DNA of 42,634 nt from Candidatus Micrarchaeota archaeon (lineage in GTDB: Archaea > B1Sed10-29 > B47-G15): contig QMVG01000007.1 of NCBI GenBank assembly GCA_003660975.1, positions 1-42,634 on the forward strand, given 5' to 3'. The position numbers were made by a program, and so were the translations under genes. Under the pieces are notes generated by a model. It did not search any database and had not been told where the DNA came from. It saw only the letters and a program-made list of their open reading frames with translations. Below are positions 9,659-18,293 of this stretch, piece by piece (position 1 is the stretch's first letter; every line of letters begins with the position of its first letter).

Positions 9659-9677
9659 GAATTACACCTCCTATTCC

Positions 9678-10199
9678 TCAGGTTAGATACACTGCCTTGC
9701 TAATCTCCTCTACCTTGTCTTTCACAACATCAATGAAAAGGGCAGCGTGCGGTAAGCACAAGGGAACTATAACAGTATTGCCAATTATCTGTATTGCAGC
9801 AAATGGGATTGCCATTATTGTTGCCAACAAAAGGGATTGACCTGTAATCAAAGGCCAAGCTGAATTCACTATTACCTGATAAAGCAAGGTGAGAAATGCT
9901 GCTGAGGTAGCCAGCTTTTTCCTATCCTTTATATATGATTTCGGCAGGAACCCTGAAATAAAACCCACCAAGCCAAAAGCGGAAAATGTGAAGAACGTCC
10001 ACGGGCCTGGAAGGCCTATGTAGAGGTCGCTAAGCAAAAGCGCCAAAGAGCCTGTTAGAAAACCCTGGATTGGACCATATCTCAAACCAGCCAACATGGC
10101 AAAGGCTGTTATTGGTTCTAGGTTTGGAATGCCTGCCATAATAGCTCTGGCCACGGCGGCGGATGATACTAATGCGGGTAAGGTAAATTTTCCCTTCAC
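9678..10199 (-). CDS. ECF transporter S-component, CbrT-like (cobalamin)
   Basis: 173-aa hydrophobic protein with AVAR...IPNLEP, G..YGP..GF..G, SD...G.PGPWT; B12 gene context. Confidence 0.8.
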   Translation of the reverse strand: MKGKFTLPALVSSAAVARAIMAGIPNLEPITAFAMLAGLRYGPIQGFLTGSLALLLSDLYIGLPGPWTFFTFSAFGLVGFISGFLPKSYIKDRKKLATSAAFLTLLYQVIVNSAWPLITGQSLLLATIMAIPFAAIQIIGNTVIVPLCLPHAALFIDVVKDKVEEISKAVYLT

Positions 10200-10208
10200 A
10201 TAAACACC

Positions 10209-10760
10209 TCAGTACTCTATTCCTCTTCTTGCTCTCATTCCTTTTTGATAGGAGTGTTTTATTTCTCTCATCTCTGTTACGAGGTCAGCAGCATTTATCA
10301 ATTCCTCTTTTGCTTTTCGCCCTGTTATCACCAACTCAACCTGTTTAGGCTTCTCCTTTATCAAAGACAGCACATCATCAATGGAGATATATCCCATATG
10401 CACCGCCACGTTCAGCTCGTCAAGTATCACCAAGTCATATTGCCCACTCATAATGGTTTTTCTTGCTTCCTTAAGACCTTCCAAGGCCCAATGCTTGTCC
10501 TTGTCAGGGACTGGAGCAAGGCAAGACGGATCTGGTTCACCACTGGGGAGTGCTGGGCATGGCCTGCCGTATTGTTTTACATAAACGCCTAATTTCTTAA
10601 GCGATTTAAGTTCCCCTGAAGGATATGACTTGAGGAACTGAAGCAAGGCAACGTTCAGTGAAGAGCCCCTGGCTCTCACAGCAAGCCCAATTGCGGATGT
10701 CGTTTTTCCCTTGCCATTTCCTGTATAGACCTGGACGATTCCTTTGCTCAAATGTGGCAT
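10209..10760 (-). CDS. cobO: ATP:cob(I)alamin adenosyltransferase (BtuR/CobO/CobA type)
   Basis: VYTGNGKGKTTSAIGLA.RA, QFLK, YDLVILDE, ELVITGR, ADLVTEM..IKH, ARRGIEY. Confidence 0.95.
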   Translation of the reverse strand: MPHLSKGIVQVYTGNGKGKTTSAIGLAVRARGSSLNVALLQFLKSYPSGELKSLKKLGVYVKQYGRPCPALPSGEPDPSCLAPVPDKDKHWALEGLKEARKTIMSGQYDLVILDELNVAVHMGYISIDDVLSLIKEKPKQVELVITGRKAKEELINAADLVTEMREIKHSYQKGMRARRGIEY

Positions 10761-12874
10761 GTTGGGCAGCCCCCTGCATAATCTGCTTCAACTGTTACCT
10801 TGCCATTTTCGTAGCTTATAGGCCCTTGCTTCTCTTTTTCGGATTTGCTCACGCCTATGTTTAGCACCTGCTCTGCCCTTGAGCCATCTCTGTATATCGT
10901 TATGCCCTTACATCCCATCTCATAAGCCATTAGGTATGCTTTTCTAACATCATCAACAGTTGCTGAGTTTGGCATATTGATGGTTTTGCTTACAGCGCTG
11001 TCAACATATTTCTGGAAAACTGCCTGCATCTTGATGTGGTCCTCTGGCTTGATATCAAGAGCAGTGACAAATATTCTTTTAACATCATCAGGTACCTCTT
11101 CCATATCCTGAACAGAACCTTTTGCAGCAATCCTCTCCATTAAGGCCTCTGAATAGAAACCTCTTTCCCTTGCTACCTTTTCAAAGTAAGGATTAACTTC
11201 CAGCATAGGCTCTCCATCAAGTATATTTTTCCTAACAAAGCAGATTGCAAACAATGGCTCTATGCTGCTGCTGCATCCTGCAATAATGCTAGTTGTACCT
11301 GTTGGAGCTATGGTGGTAACAGCTGCATTTCTCATAGGAATTCCCTGCTTTCCATATATGCTCCTGTCCCACGCAGGGAAGTTTCCTCTCTTTTTTGCAA
11401 GCTCCTGCGAGGCCTTGTGGCTCTCTTCTTTTATAAACTTCATCAGCTTTTCAGCTAACTGCAAAGCTTCTTCTGAATCATATGGTATGCCCAATTGAAT
11501 TAACATGTCTGCAAAGCCCATAACACCTAGCCCTATTTTCCTTGTCGTTTTAGACATCTCCTCTATCTGTTTCAGAGGAAACTTGTTCATATCAATAACA
11601 TTGTCCAAAAAGTGAACGCCTTTGTGGACGAGCTCTCTTAACTTATCCCAATTAACATCTCCATCTTTGACGAGCTTGGCCAGGTTTATGTGCCCCAAAT
11701 TGCAAGACTCATATGGAAGTAATGGCTGTTCCCCGCAGGGGTTTGTTGCCTCTATTTCTCCTAAGTCTGGTGTTGGGTTGTGCTTGTTTATTGTATCAAG
11801 AAATATCATGCCAGGGTCTCCGTTCTTCCAGGCCATATTCACTATCAAATCAAAAACCTGCTTGGCGTTCAATTTGCCTACTGGTTTTTTTGTTCTGGGA
11901 TTTATGAGCTCGTAATCTTCTCCTTTCTTCACGGCCTCCATGAACTCATCTGTAGCTCCAACAGAGATATTGAAGTTCGTGAGACTCTTGCCATCCATCT
12001 TGGCAGTTATGAACTCAACTATGTCTGGATGGTCCACGCGCAGCACGCCCATGTTCGCTCCTCTTCTCTTCCCTCCCTGCTTGATCACATCAGTAGTCAC
12101 ATCAAAGACTCTCATAAATGAAACAGGTCCTGAGGCCACGCCTCTTGTGGTCTTCACAACATCTCCTTTTGGCCTTAACCTGGAAAATGAGAAGCCAGTG
12201 CCTCCTCCACTCTGGTGTATCTTGGCAGTGTATTTAACAGCATCAAAGATGCCATCCAAAGAATCCTCAACGGGAAGCACAAAGCAAGCAGAAAGCTGCT
12301 GAATCACTGTGCCTGCGTTCATCAAACAAGGGCTATTGGGTATGAACTCAAAATTAGACATCATATCAAAGAATTCTTCCTCAGTTTTCTTTACATTTGC
12401 GTTTGGGTCATAAAGAAGGTCGGCCTGGGCTATGTTCTTGGCCACTCTCCTAAACATCTCGGCAGGGGTTTCTATAACCTTGCCTGTTAGGTCTTTTTGA
12501 AGATACCTCTTCTTCAAAACGGTCATTGCATTTTCCATTTTCTGAATTTTCTCATTGAGAGCTCTTATCTTTCTCAATCTCGCTCTCTCTTCCCTGTAAA
12601 GTATATATGCTTTCGCAACCTCTGCCTGACCTGCCATTATAAGGACTGTTTCAACTATGTCCTGAATGTCTTCAACACCTGGTATCGTATGCCCATCAAA
12701 CCTGTCCTCCAGCTCTTGAACGACCTTGTCAGTTAATGCTTTTGCAAGCGTTTCATTCTTTTTGCCCACAGCTTCCATTGCCTTCAAAATAGCAATAGTA
12801 ATTTTCGTTGGGTCAAAATCAACGATGTTGCCCTCTCTTTTCCTAATCTGCCTCAAACTGTAATCTACTACCAT
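10748..12874 (-). CDS. nrdJ: Adenosylcobalamin-dependent class II ribonucleotide reductase with N-terminal ATP-cone
   Basis: ATP-cone (IRKREG...VEDIQDIVE), PNSP.LMNAG, QLSACFV, TNPCGEQ, ESCNLG, IAPTGT, VSKTINM, C-terminal CPTC; no intein. Confidence 0.95.
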   Translation of the reverse strand: MVVDYSLRQIRKREGNIVDFDPTKITIAILKAMEAVGKKNETLAKALTDKVVQELEDRFDGHTIPGVEDIQDIVETVLIMAGQAEVAKAYILYREERARLRKIRALNEKIQKMENAMTVLKKRYLQKDLTGKVIETPAEMFRRVAKNIAQADLLYDPNANVKKTEEEFFDMMSNFEFIPNSPCLMNAGTVIQQLSACFVLPVEDSLDGIFDAVKYTAKIHQSGGGTGFSFSRLRPKGDVVKTTRGVASGPVSFMRVFDVTTDVIKQGGKRRGANMGVLRVDHPDIVEFITAKMDGKSLTNFNISVGATDEFMEAVKKGEDYELINPRTKKPVGKLNAKQVFDLIVNMAWKNGDPGMIFLDTINKHNPTPDLGEIEATNPCGEQPLLPYESCNLGHINLAKLVKDGDVNWDKLRELVHKGVHFLDNVIDMNKFPLKQIEEMSKTTRKIGLGVMGFADMLIQLGIPYDSEEALQLAEKLMKFIKEESHKASQELAKKRGNFPAWDRSIYGKQGIPMRNAAVTTIAPTGTTSIIAGCSSSIEPLFAICFVRKNILDGEPMLEVNPYFEKVARERGFYSEALMERIAAKGSVQDMEEVPDDVKRIFVTALDIKPEDHIKMQAVFQKYVDSAVSKTINMPNSATVDDVRKAYLMAYEMGCKGITIYRDGSRAEQVLNIGVSKSEKEKQGPISYENGKVTVEADYAGGCPTCHI

Positions 12875-13005
12875 CCCAATCCCTGCCTACGATTAAACTT
12901 TCTTATCAATCTGCCTGCTTCAATAAGCAAAAGGATAAGGAAATAGTTATATTAAAATGCTTCGCTTCAGAAATCAAACAAAATTAGGAGAACAACTTAG
13001 AAAAA

Positions 13006-13416
13006 TTAACAATTGCGTTGTCTTTCACTGTTTTTGCGCTTCCTGTAGTCTCCTATGGCCTTACGCAGTGCCTCAACAGCTAACACAGAACAGTGAAGTT
13101 TCACTGGAGCTAAGCCGTCCAACTTTTTCAAAACATCATCCTTTGTGAGCTTTTCAGCTTCTTCTATTGTCATTCCCTTTATCATATCTGTGAGAATACT
13201 CGAACTGGAAATCGCAGCCACACAGCCAAATGTTTGAAATTTCACATCTGTTATTACATTGTCCTTTACTTTTATGTAAAGGTACATCACGTCTCCGCAA
13301 ACTGGATTTCCCACTCTACCGATGCCGTCAGCGTCTTTTATCTCACCCATATTGTGTGGATTTCTAAAATGCTCCAAAACCTTTTTTGAATATCTGAATG
13401 CATCCATCTTCATCAA
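13006..13416 (-). CDS. iscU: Fe-S cluster scaffold IscU/NifU-like
   Basis: YS..VLEHFRNP.NMG, GNPVCGD, FQTFGC.AAI, KLHCSVL. Confidence 0.95.
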   Translation of the reverse strand: MMKMDAFRYSKKVLEHFRNPHNMGEIKDADGIGRVGNPVCGDVMYLYIKVKDNVITDVKFQTFGCVAAISSSSILTDMIKGMTIEEAEKLTKDDVLKKLDGLAPVKLHCSVLAVEALRKAIGDYRKRKNSERQRNC

Positions 13417-14588
13417 CCTTTTACATCGTAGTTGTCAAAGCTGTGCTTGAACGGGCTTATCTGCCTCAATTCATCAACGCAAAGCTTAATTTTCTCTACA
13501 GCATATTTTGTTTCCTCCATGCTGTTAAATCTCCCAAAAGTCATTCTAACAGTACCATGTATGATTTTGTGGTCAAGACCTATGGCAGATAAGACATGTG
13601 ATGGTTTTAATGACCTTGAAGAACAAGCACTGCCTGTTGAAACAGCTATCCCATAGTCATCTAATTTGTAAAGTAAGCTCTCTCCCTCAATATACTTAAA
13701 AGTTATATTGGCATTATTGACAAGTCGCCTGTTTGGATTGTCAATACCAGGACCGTTAAGCAAACTGTCTTCTACCTCCAACAGCTCTCTAACAAGATAA
13801 TCTCTCATGCTTTTTATCTTTGAGATCTCATTTGCTGTCATAAGCTCAGCAGCTTTTGCAAAAGCAACTGCTCCAGCCACGTTTTCTGTTCCAGGCCTTT
13901 TGCCAAACTCGTGAGGCCCTCCGTAAAACAGTGGCTCTATTTCAATGCCTTCTCTCACGAACAATGCCCCAACTCCTTTTGGGCCGTGAATCTTATGCGA
14001 AGCCATGCTTATCATATCCACGCCTGTCTTTTTCACATCTATAGGAACTTTTGTAAAGCTCTGCACACAGTCCATATGGAGAATACTCCCTTTATCATGC
14101 ACGATCTCTGATATGGCTTTCATATCTTGAACTGTGCCTATCTCATTGTTGCCGTGAATTATGCTAACCAGGATGACATCGCCACTCAACTCGTCTTGCA
14201 ATGCATCTAGATTCAAGAATCCTTCTGAATCCACTGCTAGCTTTACAACACCAAAACCTCTTTCTTTCACAGCCAACATCGTGTTGTTAACAGCAGGGTG
14301 TTCAATTGTGGATGTTAACAATTTTCCTTTTTTCTTGGCTAAGCATATTCCCTGTATTGCCAAGTTATCGCTCTCAGTTCCCCCAGAAGTGAAAACAATC
14401 TCATTGGCATTTGCATTTATTTTCTTGGCAATGCTTTCCCTTGCTCTCTCAAGCGCCTCTCTTGCCTCTCTGCCAAAAGCATGTAGTGAAGAAGCATTGC
14501 CATAGATGTCCGTGAGATACTTTTTCATCTCTTCAGCAACTGCAGGGTCCACTCTTGTGGTAGCTGCATTGTCTAAATAAACCCTCAT
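13413..14588 (-). CDS. iscS: Cysteine desulfurase IscS/NifS
   Basis: VYLDNAATT, FTSGGTESDN, IEHPAV, NNEIGT, SHKIHGPKG (PLP Lys), STGSACSS; ATG 14588 with GGAGG RBS. Confidence 0.95.
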   Translation of the reverse strand: MRVYLDNAATTRVDPAVAEEMKKYLTDIYGNASSLHAFGREAREALERARESIAKKINANANEIVFTSGGTESDNLAIQGICLAKKKGKLLTSTIEHPAVNNTMLAVKERGFGVVKLAVDSEGFLNLDALQDELSGDVILVSIIHGNNEIGTVQDMKAISEIVHDKGSILHMDCVQSFTKVPIDVKKTGVDMISMASHKIHGPKGVGALFVREGIEIEPLFYGGPHEFGKRPGTENVAGAVAFAKAAELMTANEISKIKSMRDYLVRELLEVEDSLLNGPGIDNPNRRLVNNANITFKYIEGESLLYKLDDYGIAVSTGSACSSRSLKPSHVLSAIGLDHKIIHGTVRMTFGRFNSMEETKYAVEKIKLCVDELRQISPFKHSFDNYDVKG

Positions 14589-14590
14589 AG

Positions 14591-14929
14591 CTAAGCCTCC
14601 AAAAAGTGCTTTCTTTTTGGATTTAGGTATTGCAATATGCCAGCTTTCCAAAGCTTTTGGCATGTGCTACAGAAAAGCTGTTGGTTATCTGCCTCAGCGA
14701 TTTGCTCAACAGCTTCTCTTATTATTTTCATCATGCTCTTGTTCTTGTAAAGTTTTTTAGCTCTCGCTCCCCTGGACATATTAAGATAGTAGGACACTGC
14801 TGCCTGGCTAACACCGAGGTACGAGGCCACTTCTTGCTGTTTAAGGCCCTTCTTTTTCAATTCGGCTGCAAAGACGGCCCTCACAGCAGGCAATATTTCC
14901 TTTGAAACTATCTCACAACGAGTTATCAT
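14591..14929 (-). CDS. Archaeal HTH transcriptional regulator with Cys motifs (COG2522-like)
   Basis: CE.....LPAVRA..A, HTH GLKQQEVASYLGVSQAAVSYYL..RG, C-terminal CSTC. Confidence 0.85.
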   Translation of the reverse strand: MITRCEIVSKEILPAVRAVFAAELKKKGLKQQEVASYLGVSQAAVSYYLNMSRGARAKKLYKNKSMMKIIREAVEQIAEADNQQLFCSTCQKLWKAGILQYLNPKRKHFLEA

Positions 14930-14975
14930 ATAACACTGTTATAAAAAAGCAGATATAAAAAGATAACGCTGTTAT
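14929..14975. promoter_or_regulatory. Promoter of the HTH-iscS-iscU operon: minus-strand TATA flanked by two ATAAC-N3-GTTAT palindromes
   Basis: TATAACACTGTTATA (14929-14943) and ATAACGCTGTTAT (14963-14975) bracket AGATATAAAAA (TTTTTATATCT on minus). Confidence 0.65.
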
Positions 14976-14996
14976 TATTCTATTAACCTGTTGTTG

Positions 14997-15087
14997 GTAT
15001 AATGTCTCATTAACCGAAGTTTTTAGGCAAAGCGAGAAAATTTAGGTGTGGCTCTGCAAGAGCCGAACTGGTTAATGTATGTTATGT
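14997..15087 (-). repeat. Degenerate integron attC-like imperfect inverted repeat
   Basis: Minus strand: ACATAAC-ata-CATTAACC-agtt...aacttc-GGTTAATG-agac-ATTATAC; internal hairpin GGCTCT-gca-AGAGCC (15050-15064). Confidence 0.5.
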
Positions 15088-15159
15088 GCCCTGAACGGAA
15101 TGAAGTGGAGTGAGAGTGCAACGTGATTGAGCGAATGATAGTGAGCGAAGAGGTTAGGC

Positions 15160-15522
15160 TTACGCTAATTTAATTAATTCCGAAACAGTGATTAATATTG
15201 CTCCTTTGGCTGGCAAACCTTTATTTTCTGGCATTTTTTCAACAAATTTTTTCCATTTACCGCCTGTAAAGTATTCGGCGGTGCCTACTAATTTATAACC
15301 ATTCCAATCTTTATCCCAGACAGCAAGGCAAACATTGTTATTTTTTTCAAGATTTTCTTTTGTTTGTTTCATATAGTTATCGGTGATAAGAATTTGATTT
15401 TTAGAAACAACTTTAACATAGGCAACGCCGATTACATTAGGTTTGCCAGCTTCATCAACAGTAGCAAAAGCTAAAGGATTTTCTTCAATTAGTTTTTTTA
15501 ATTCTTCATTTATTTCTATCAT
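15160..15522 (-). CDS. Pyridoxamine 5'-phosphate oxidase-like FMN-binding protein
   Basis: LAFATVDEAGKPNV, ITDNYMKQTKENL..N..VCL.V, GYKLVGTA motifs. Confidence 0.85.
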   Translation of the reverse strand: MIEINEELKKLIEENPLAFATVDEAGKPNVIGVAYVKVVSKNQILITDNYMKQTKENLEKNNNVCLAVWDKDWNGYKLVGTAEYFTGGKWKKFVEKMPENKGLPAKGAILITVSELIKLA

Positions 15523-15931
15523 TTTTACCACCAGAATGTGATTTTAAAAGATTTTCAACAGGTGGAAGATAAACCCATGATTGTGGTGGCGTAAATTTAG
15601 GATAAATCAGTTTTGGGTCAATAGGCTCTGAAAATTTCTTAACACCTATAATCTCAATTGCAACCCCTTTCCCCATACCAGAAAAGTATGTAAAAAATTC
15701 TTTTTTAGTTAAACCTGAGAGATTTCCGTAATTTTTCCACAGCTTTTCAGGTTTATCTTTTATAATCTTTCCGACATGAAATTTACAAACAATTTTGCTA
15801 ATGGGCTTTGTGGCATAGACCAACACTTCATCAACATCTTTCTTAAAGGGTGCTTTTCTAAACTCATACCTCTTATCCTGTCTCAAAATCGCATCAACAT
15901 ATTTTACTTTAATCGATAGTATAGCGATCAT
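15506..15931 (-). CDS. ASCH/PUA-like domain protein
   Basis: ILSIK.KYVDAIL...KRYEFRK, VYATKP, PE.LW, F..YF, PPQSW.Y. Confidence 0.85.
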   Translation of the reverse strand: MIAILSIKVKYVDAILRQDKRYEFRKAPFKKDVDEVLVYATKPISKIVCKFHVGKIIKDKPEKLWKNYGNLSGLTKKEFFTYFSGMGKGVAIEIIGVKKFSEPIDPKLIYPKFTPPQSWVYLPPVENLLKSHSGGKNDRNK

Positions 15932-17411
15932 TTATTTCCGCCACCTCCTTTATTTTTAGATATTTATTATGAGGAATTTTAATTATCGTTTGTGGGGGAC
16001 CTTTTAAAATTCCATTATCTAAAAGAAAATGATATTTAATTGGCTTCTTAAAGTGCATAATCCACCAAAACAATATAATCTTTGTTGGTTTTTTTGAAAT
16101 TTCTTTGATCTCTGATAATGAGTAAACACTTCTTTTCCCCACATAAGAGACAATTTCAGTTACATTTGTGAGATTGTCATACACTTTTTCTACAATGCCC
16201 AGGGATGTTATTCCCCTTATATCCCCAGACCTATAAAACAATAGGACATCACCGCACTCCATACCTCTAATTCTTGAATGGCATAGATATGCCTTCTTTA
16301 TCGTGTTCCCTTCAACTACGAATTCTCCAGCAGATTCCAATAAGGTGGTTTGTCTTGGCGCATATTCTGTAAATAACCTATTATGCCATTTATCTCTTAT
16401 TGGAATGATGAATTTATTAACTCGATCACCATCATAAAAAGAGGGATAAAATTCTTTATACACTTCTTGTGGTGTATATTTCTTAGATTTGCAGGGAACT
16501 AATTGTTTTATGAAAATATATTCACCGTTCTCTTTTTGTGCTTTAGGCTTAAAACCATATTCTTCTATTAAAGATACAAGAAAATCATTACGTTCTCTGA
16601 AATGAGTCAAATAGACCTCTTCGATATCCTTTTGAATGGCTGTCTGAATGGATATTTTTATGAATAACTCGCCAATCTTTGATCCTCTATCTATGGGGTC
16701 TACCTTTAGAGTGCATATCTTTAACCTTTTTTTCTTTGGTAATGGTCGTCGAATGGAGTTTATAGGTTCATTTTCATCTTTGAGTATAAGAATAGCTCCT
16801 ATTCTACCATTTACAAAATGAACCCGTGCTTTTCTCCCTTCCCTTGAAATCTTTTCCCACCATATCTCAAAATCCTTATAGTCTCTTTTAAGTGAGTCAA
16901 ATATTGGGTCATCCAAATTTAAGTTATATGCTGGGAGATATTTTAATGGTGGCAGAGGCAATATTCTCCTGCCTATCTCTTTTCTAAAGTATTCCAAGGC
17001 CTCACGTATATGGAAAATACGGTCTGCTATTCCAATTTTGATTGCTTTTCTGTGGATTTTCTCATCTTCAGTAATCAAAAAATCTACAGCATTTTTATAA
17101 ACGCAATAGAGCAGATGATTATCGACTCTGTCATGAGCGTTATTAGTTTGTCCTATCAATGATATGAATTTGTCATCCTTTTTAGGACATGGTGGCAGAT
17201 CTATAATAGGGTATGTTTTCAATTTTGAAAGAACTATTTTTCTTCTATCGGCATTTTTATCTTTTTTAATTTCTTCTAATGATGATGGATGAATTACAAC
17301 TTTATGCTCTGTTTCATTTAAAATCCGTAAAAGTTCTTGAACATCATTCGGTACCTCCTTCAGATCTTCCCGATATATTATGATATTAGTATCTATGAGG
17401 ATTCTGGTCAT
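15909..17411 (-). CDS. PIN nuclease + GNAT acetyltransferase + EVE/ASCH-like (PUA-fold) multidomain protein
   Basis: N-terminal ILIDTNIII...EEI...D..L...FLITED (PIN); LKICTLKV...RG.KIGELF...YLT...YGF (GNAT); GNTIKKAYLCHS...GDVLLFYRS...PPQTI (PUA-like). Confidence 0.85.
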   Translation of the reverse strand: MTRILIDTNIIIYREDLKEVPNDVQELLRILNETEHKVVIHPSSLEEIKKDKNADRRKIVLSKLKTYPIIDLPPCPKKDDKFISLIGQTNNAHDRVDNHLLYCVYKNAVDFLITEDEKIHRKAIKIGIADRIFHIREALEYFRKEIGRRILPLPPLKYLPAYNLNLDDPIFDSLKRDYKDFEIWWEKISREGRKARVHFVNGRIGAILILKDENEPINSIRRPLPKKKRLKICTLKVDPIDRGSKIGELFIKISIQTAIQKDIEEVYLTHFRERNDFLVSLIEEYGFKPKAQKENGEYIFIKQLVPCKSKKYTPQEVYKEFYPSFYDGDRVNKFIIPIRDKWHNRLFTEYAPRQTTLLESAGEFVVEGNTIKKAYLCHSRIRGMECGDVLLFYRSGDIRGITSLGIVEKVYDNLTNVTEIVSYVGKRSVYSLSEIKEISKKPTKIILFWWIMHFKKPIKYHFLLDNGILKGPPQTIIKIPHNKYLKIKEVAEINDRYTID

Positions 17412-17694
17412 TTTTACCACCGTATCAATGGCTTAATAAGATTGATAGCCTTATCTAATTCTTTCACAAAGTTGTTACTATGAAGAACTTTATTAATTTA
17501 GATGTTAAAAAACTTGCGTCGCAAGAGAGACATATCTCATAGGCAAGCGTACATTTCAGTTGTGAGAAGGAAGGTCCAATAAAACATCAAGAGAATTTTT
17601 ACCATCCCGTTTGGATAAAAAGCAAAGGGTTTGTTCCTGATGAAGCGAAGATAGAAACCCAATGATTTTTTATTTTTAATGTCTCAACATATGC

Positions 17695-18240
17695 TCATGA
17701 GCAGTTTTGCAAAACCTTGTCTGGCTCCTCTTTGAGGTGGGAGAATATCTCTTCCTCCAATTTTACGTATTTTTTATACAGCTTCTCATAGAAAGTGCTA
17801 TCTCTGTTATATTTTTTGGCATACCTCTTTTCAATGGCGTTAAAGCGCTCTCTCAGTGAAACTATCTCACTTCCCAAAACCCTGGCATCAGCATAACTTA
17901 CTAATTTCTCCTCAATGCTTTTGAGCTCGTCCACTTTGTCTATGCGGTGCAGATAGACAATGCGGCCTAATTCTGGATACCCCATATCTGAAAGCAGTTT
18001 CATCGCATATTCTCCGTGAGTAAAGCCCTTTTCTATTTCATACACCTTATCCAAATCATGAAGAAGTGAGGCGATGTCAACGATATTTACATCTACATCT
18101 ACCCCAGCCTCCTTTAAGCGCCTTGCAAGGTAAACCGCAACACAATTTACCTTTTTCGAATGCTCAATGATATGAGCATATGATGAGGTTATGTGTTTTT
18201 TTAACAGCTTTTCTGCCTCTGCCCTGCTTGGAAGCTTCAT
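17695..18240 (-). CDS. HD-domain (HDIG-like) phosphohydrolase
   Basis: EHS..V, ASLLHDLDK, THG, LH, YAD. Confidence 0.85.
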   Translation of the reverse strand: MKLPSRAEAEKLLKKHITSSYAHIIEHSKKVNCVAVYLARRLKEAGVDVDVNIVDIASLLHDLDKVYEIEKGFTHGEYAMKLLSDMGYPELGRIVYLHRIDKVDELKSIEEKLVSYADARVLGSEIVSLRERFNAIEKRYAKKYNRDSTFYEKLYKKYVKLEEEIFSHLKEEPDKVLQNCS

Positions 18241-18293
18241 AACTCTCTTTATGGGGGACAGCAATAAAAACTTTTAGAAACAAAAAATAGAAC

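Larger units (their letters stand above)
15000..17686. mobile_element. AT-rich horizontally acquired island / cassette-like insert
   Basis: Visibly AT-richer than flanks; 10-bp direct repeat TAATGTCTCA at 15000-15009 and 17677-17686; attC-like hairpin at one end; no integrase in window. Confidence 0.55.

Noticed and set aside
10748-12874. Intein or intron in nrdJ, also considered for top6 and hef
   Set aside because: Lengths are normal, motifs are contiguous, no splice-junction or LAGLIDADG motifs
12875-13005. Cobalamin riboswitch upstream of nrdJ
   Set aside because: Only about 130 bp including a TATA-like element; no recognisable B12-box or GCCACTG-type core and no extensive pairing
17500-17660. 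Small hairpins (CTTGC-GTC-GCAAG, GGGTTT...AAACCC) as an ncRNA or second attC
   Set aside because: Stems are short and lack the R/L box arrangement; not distinguishable from chance
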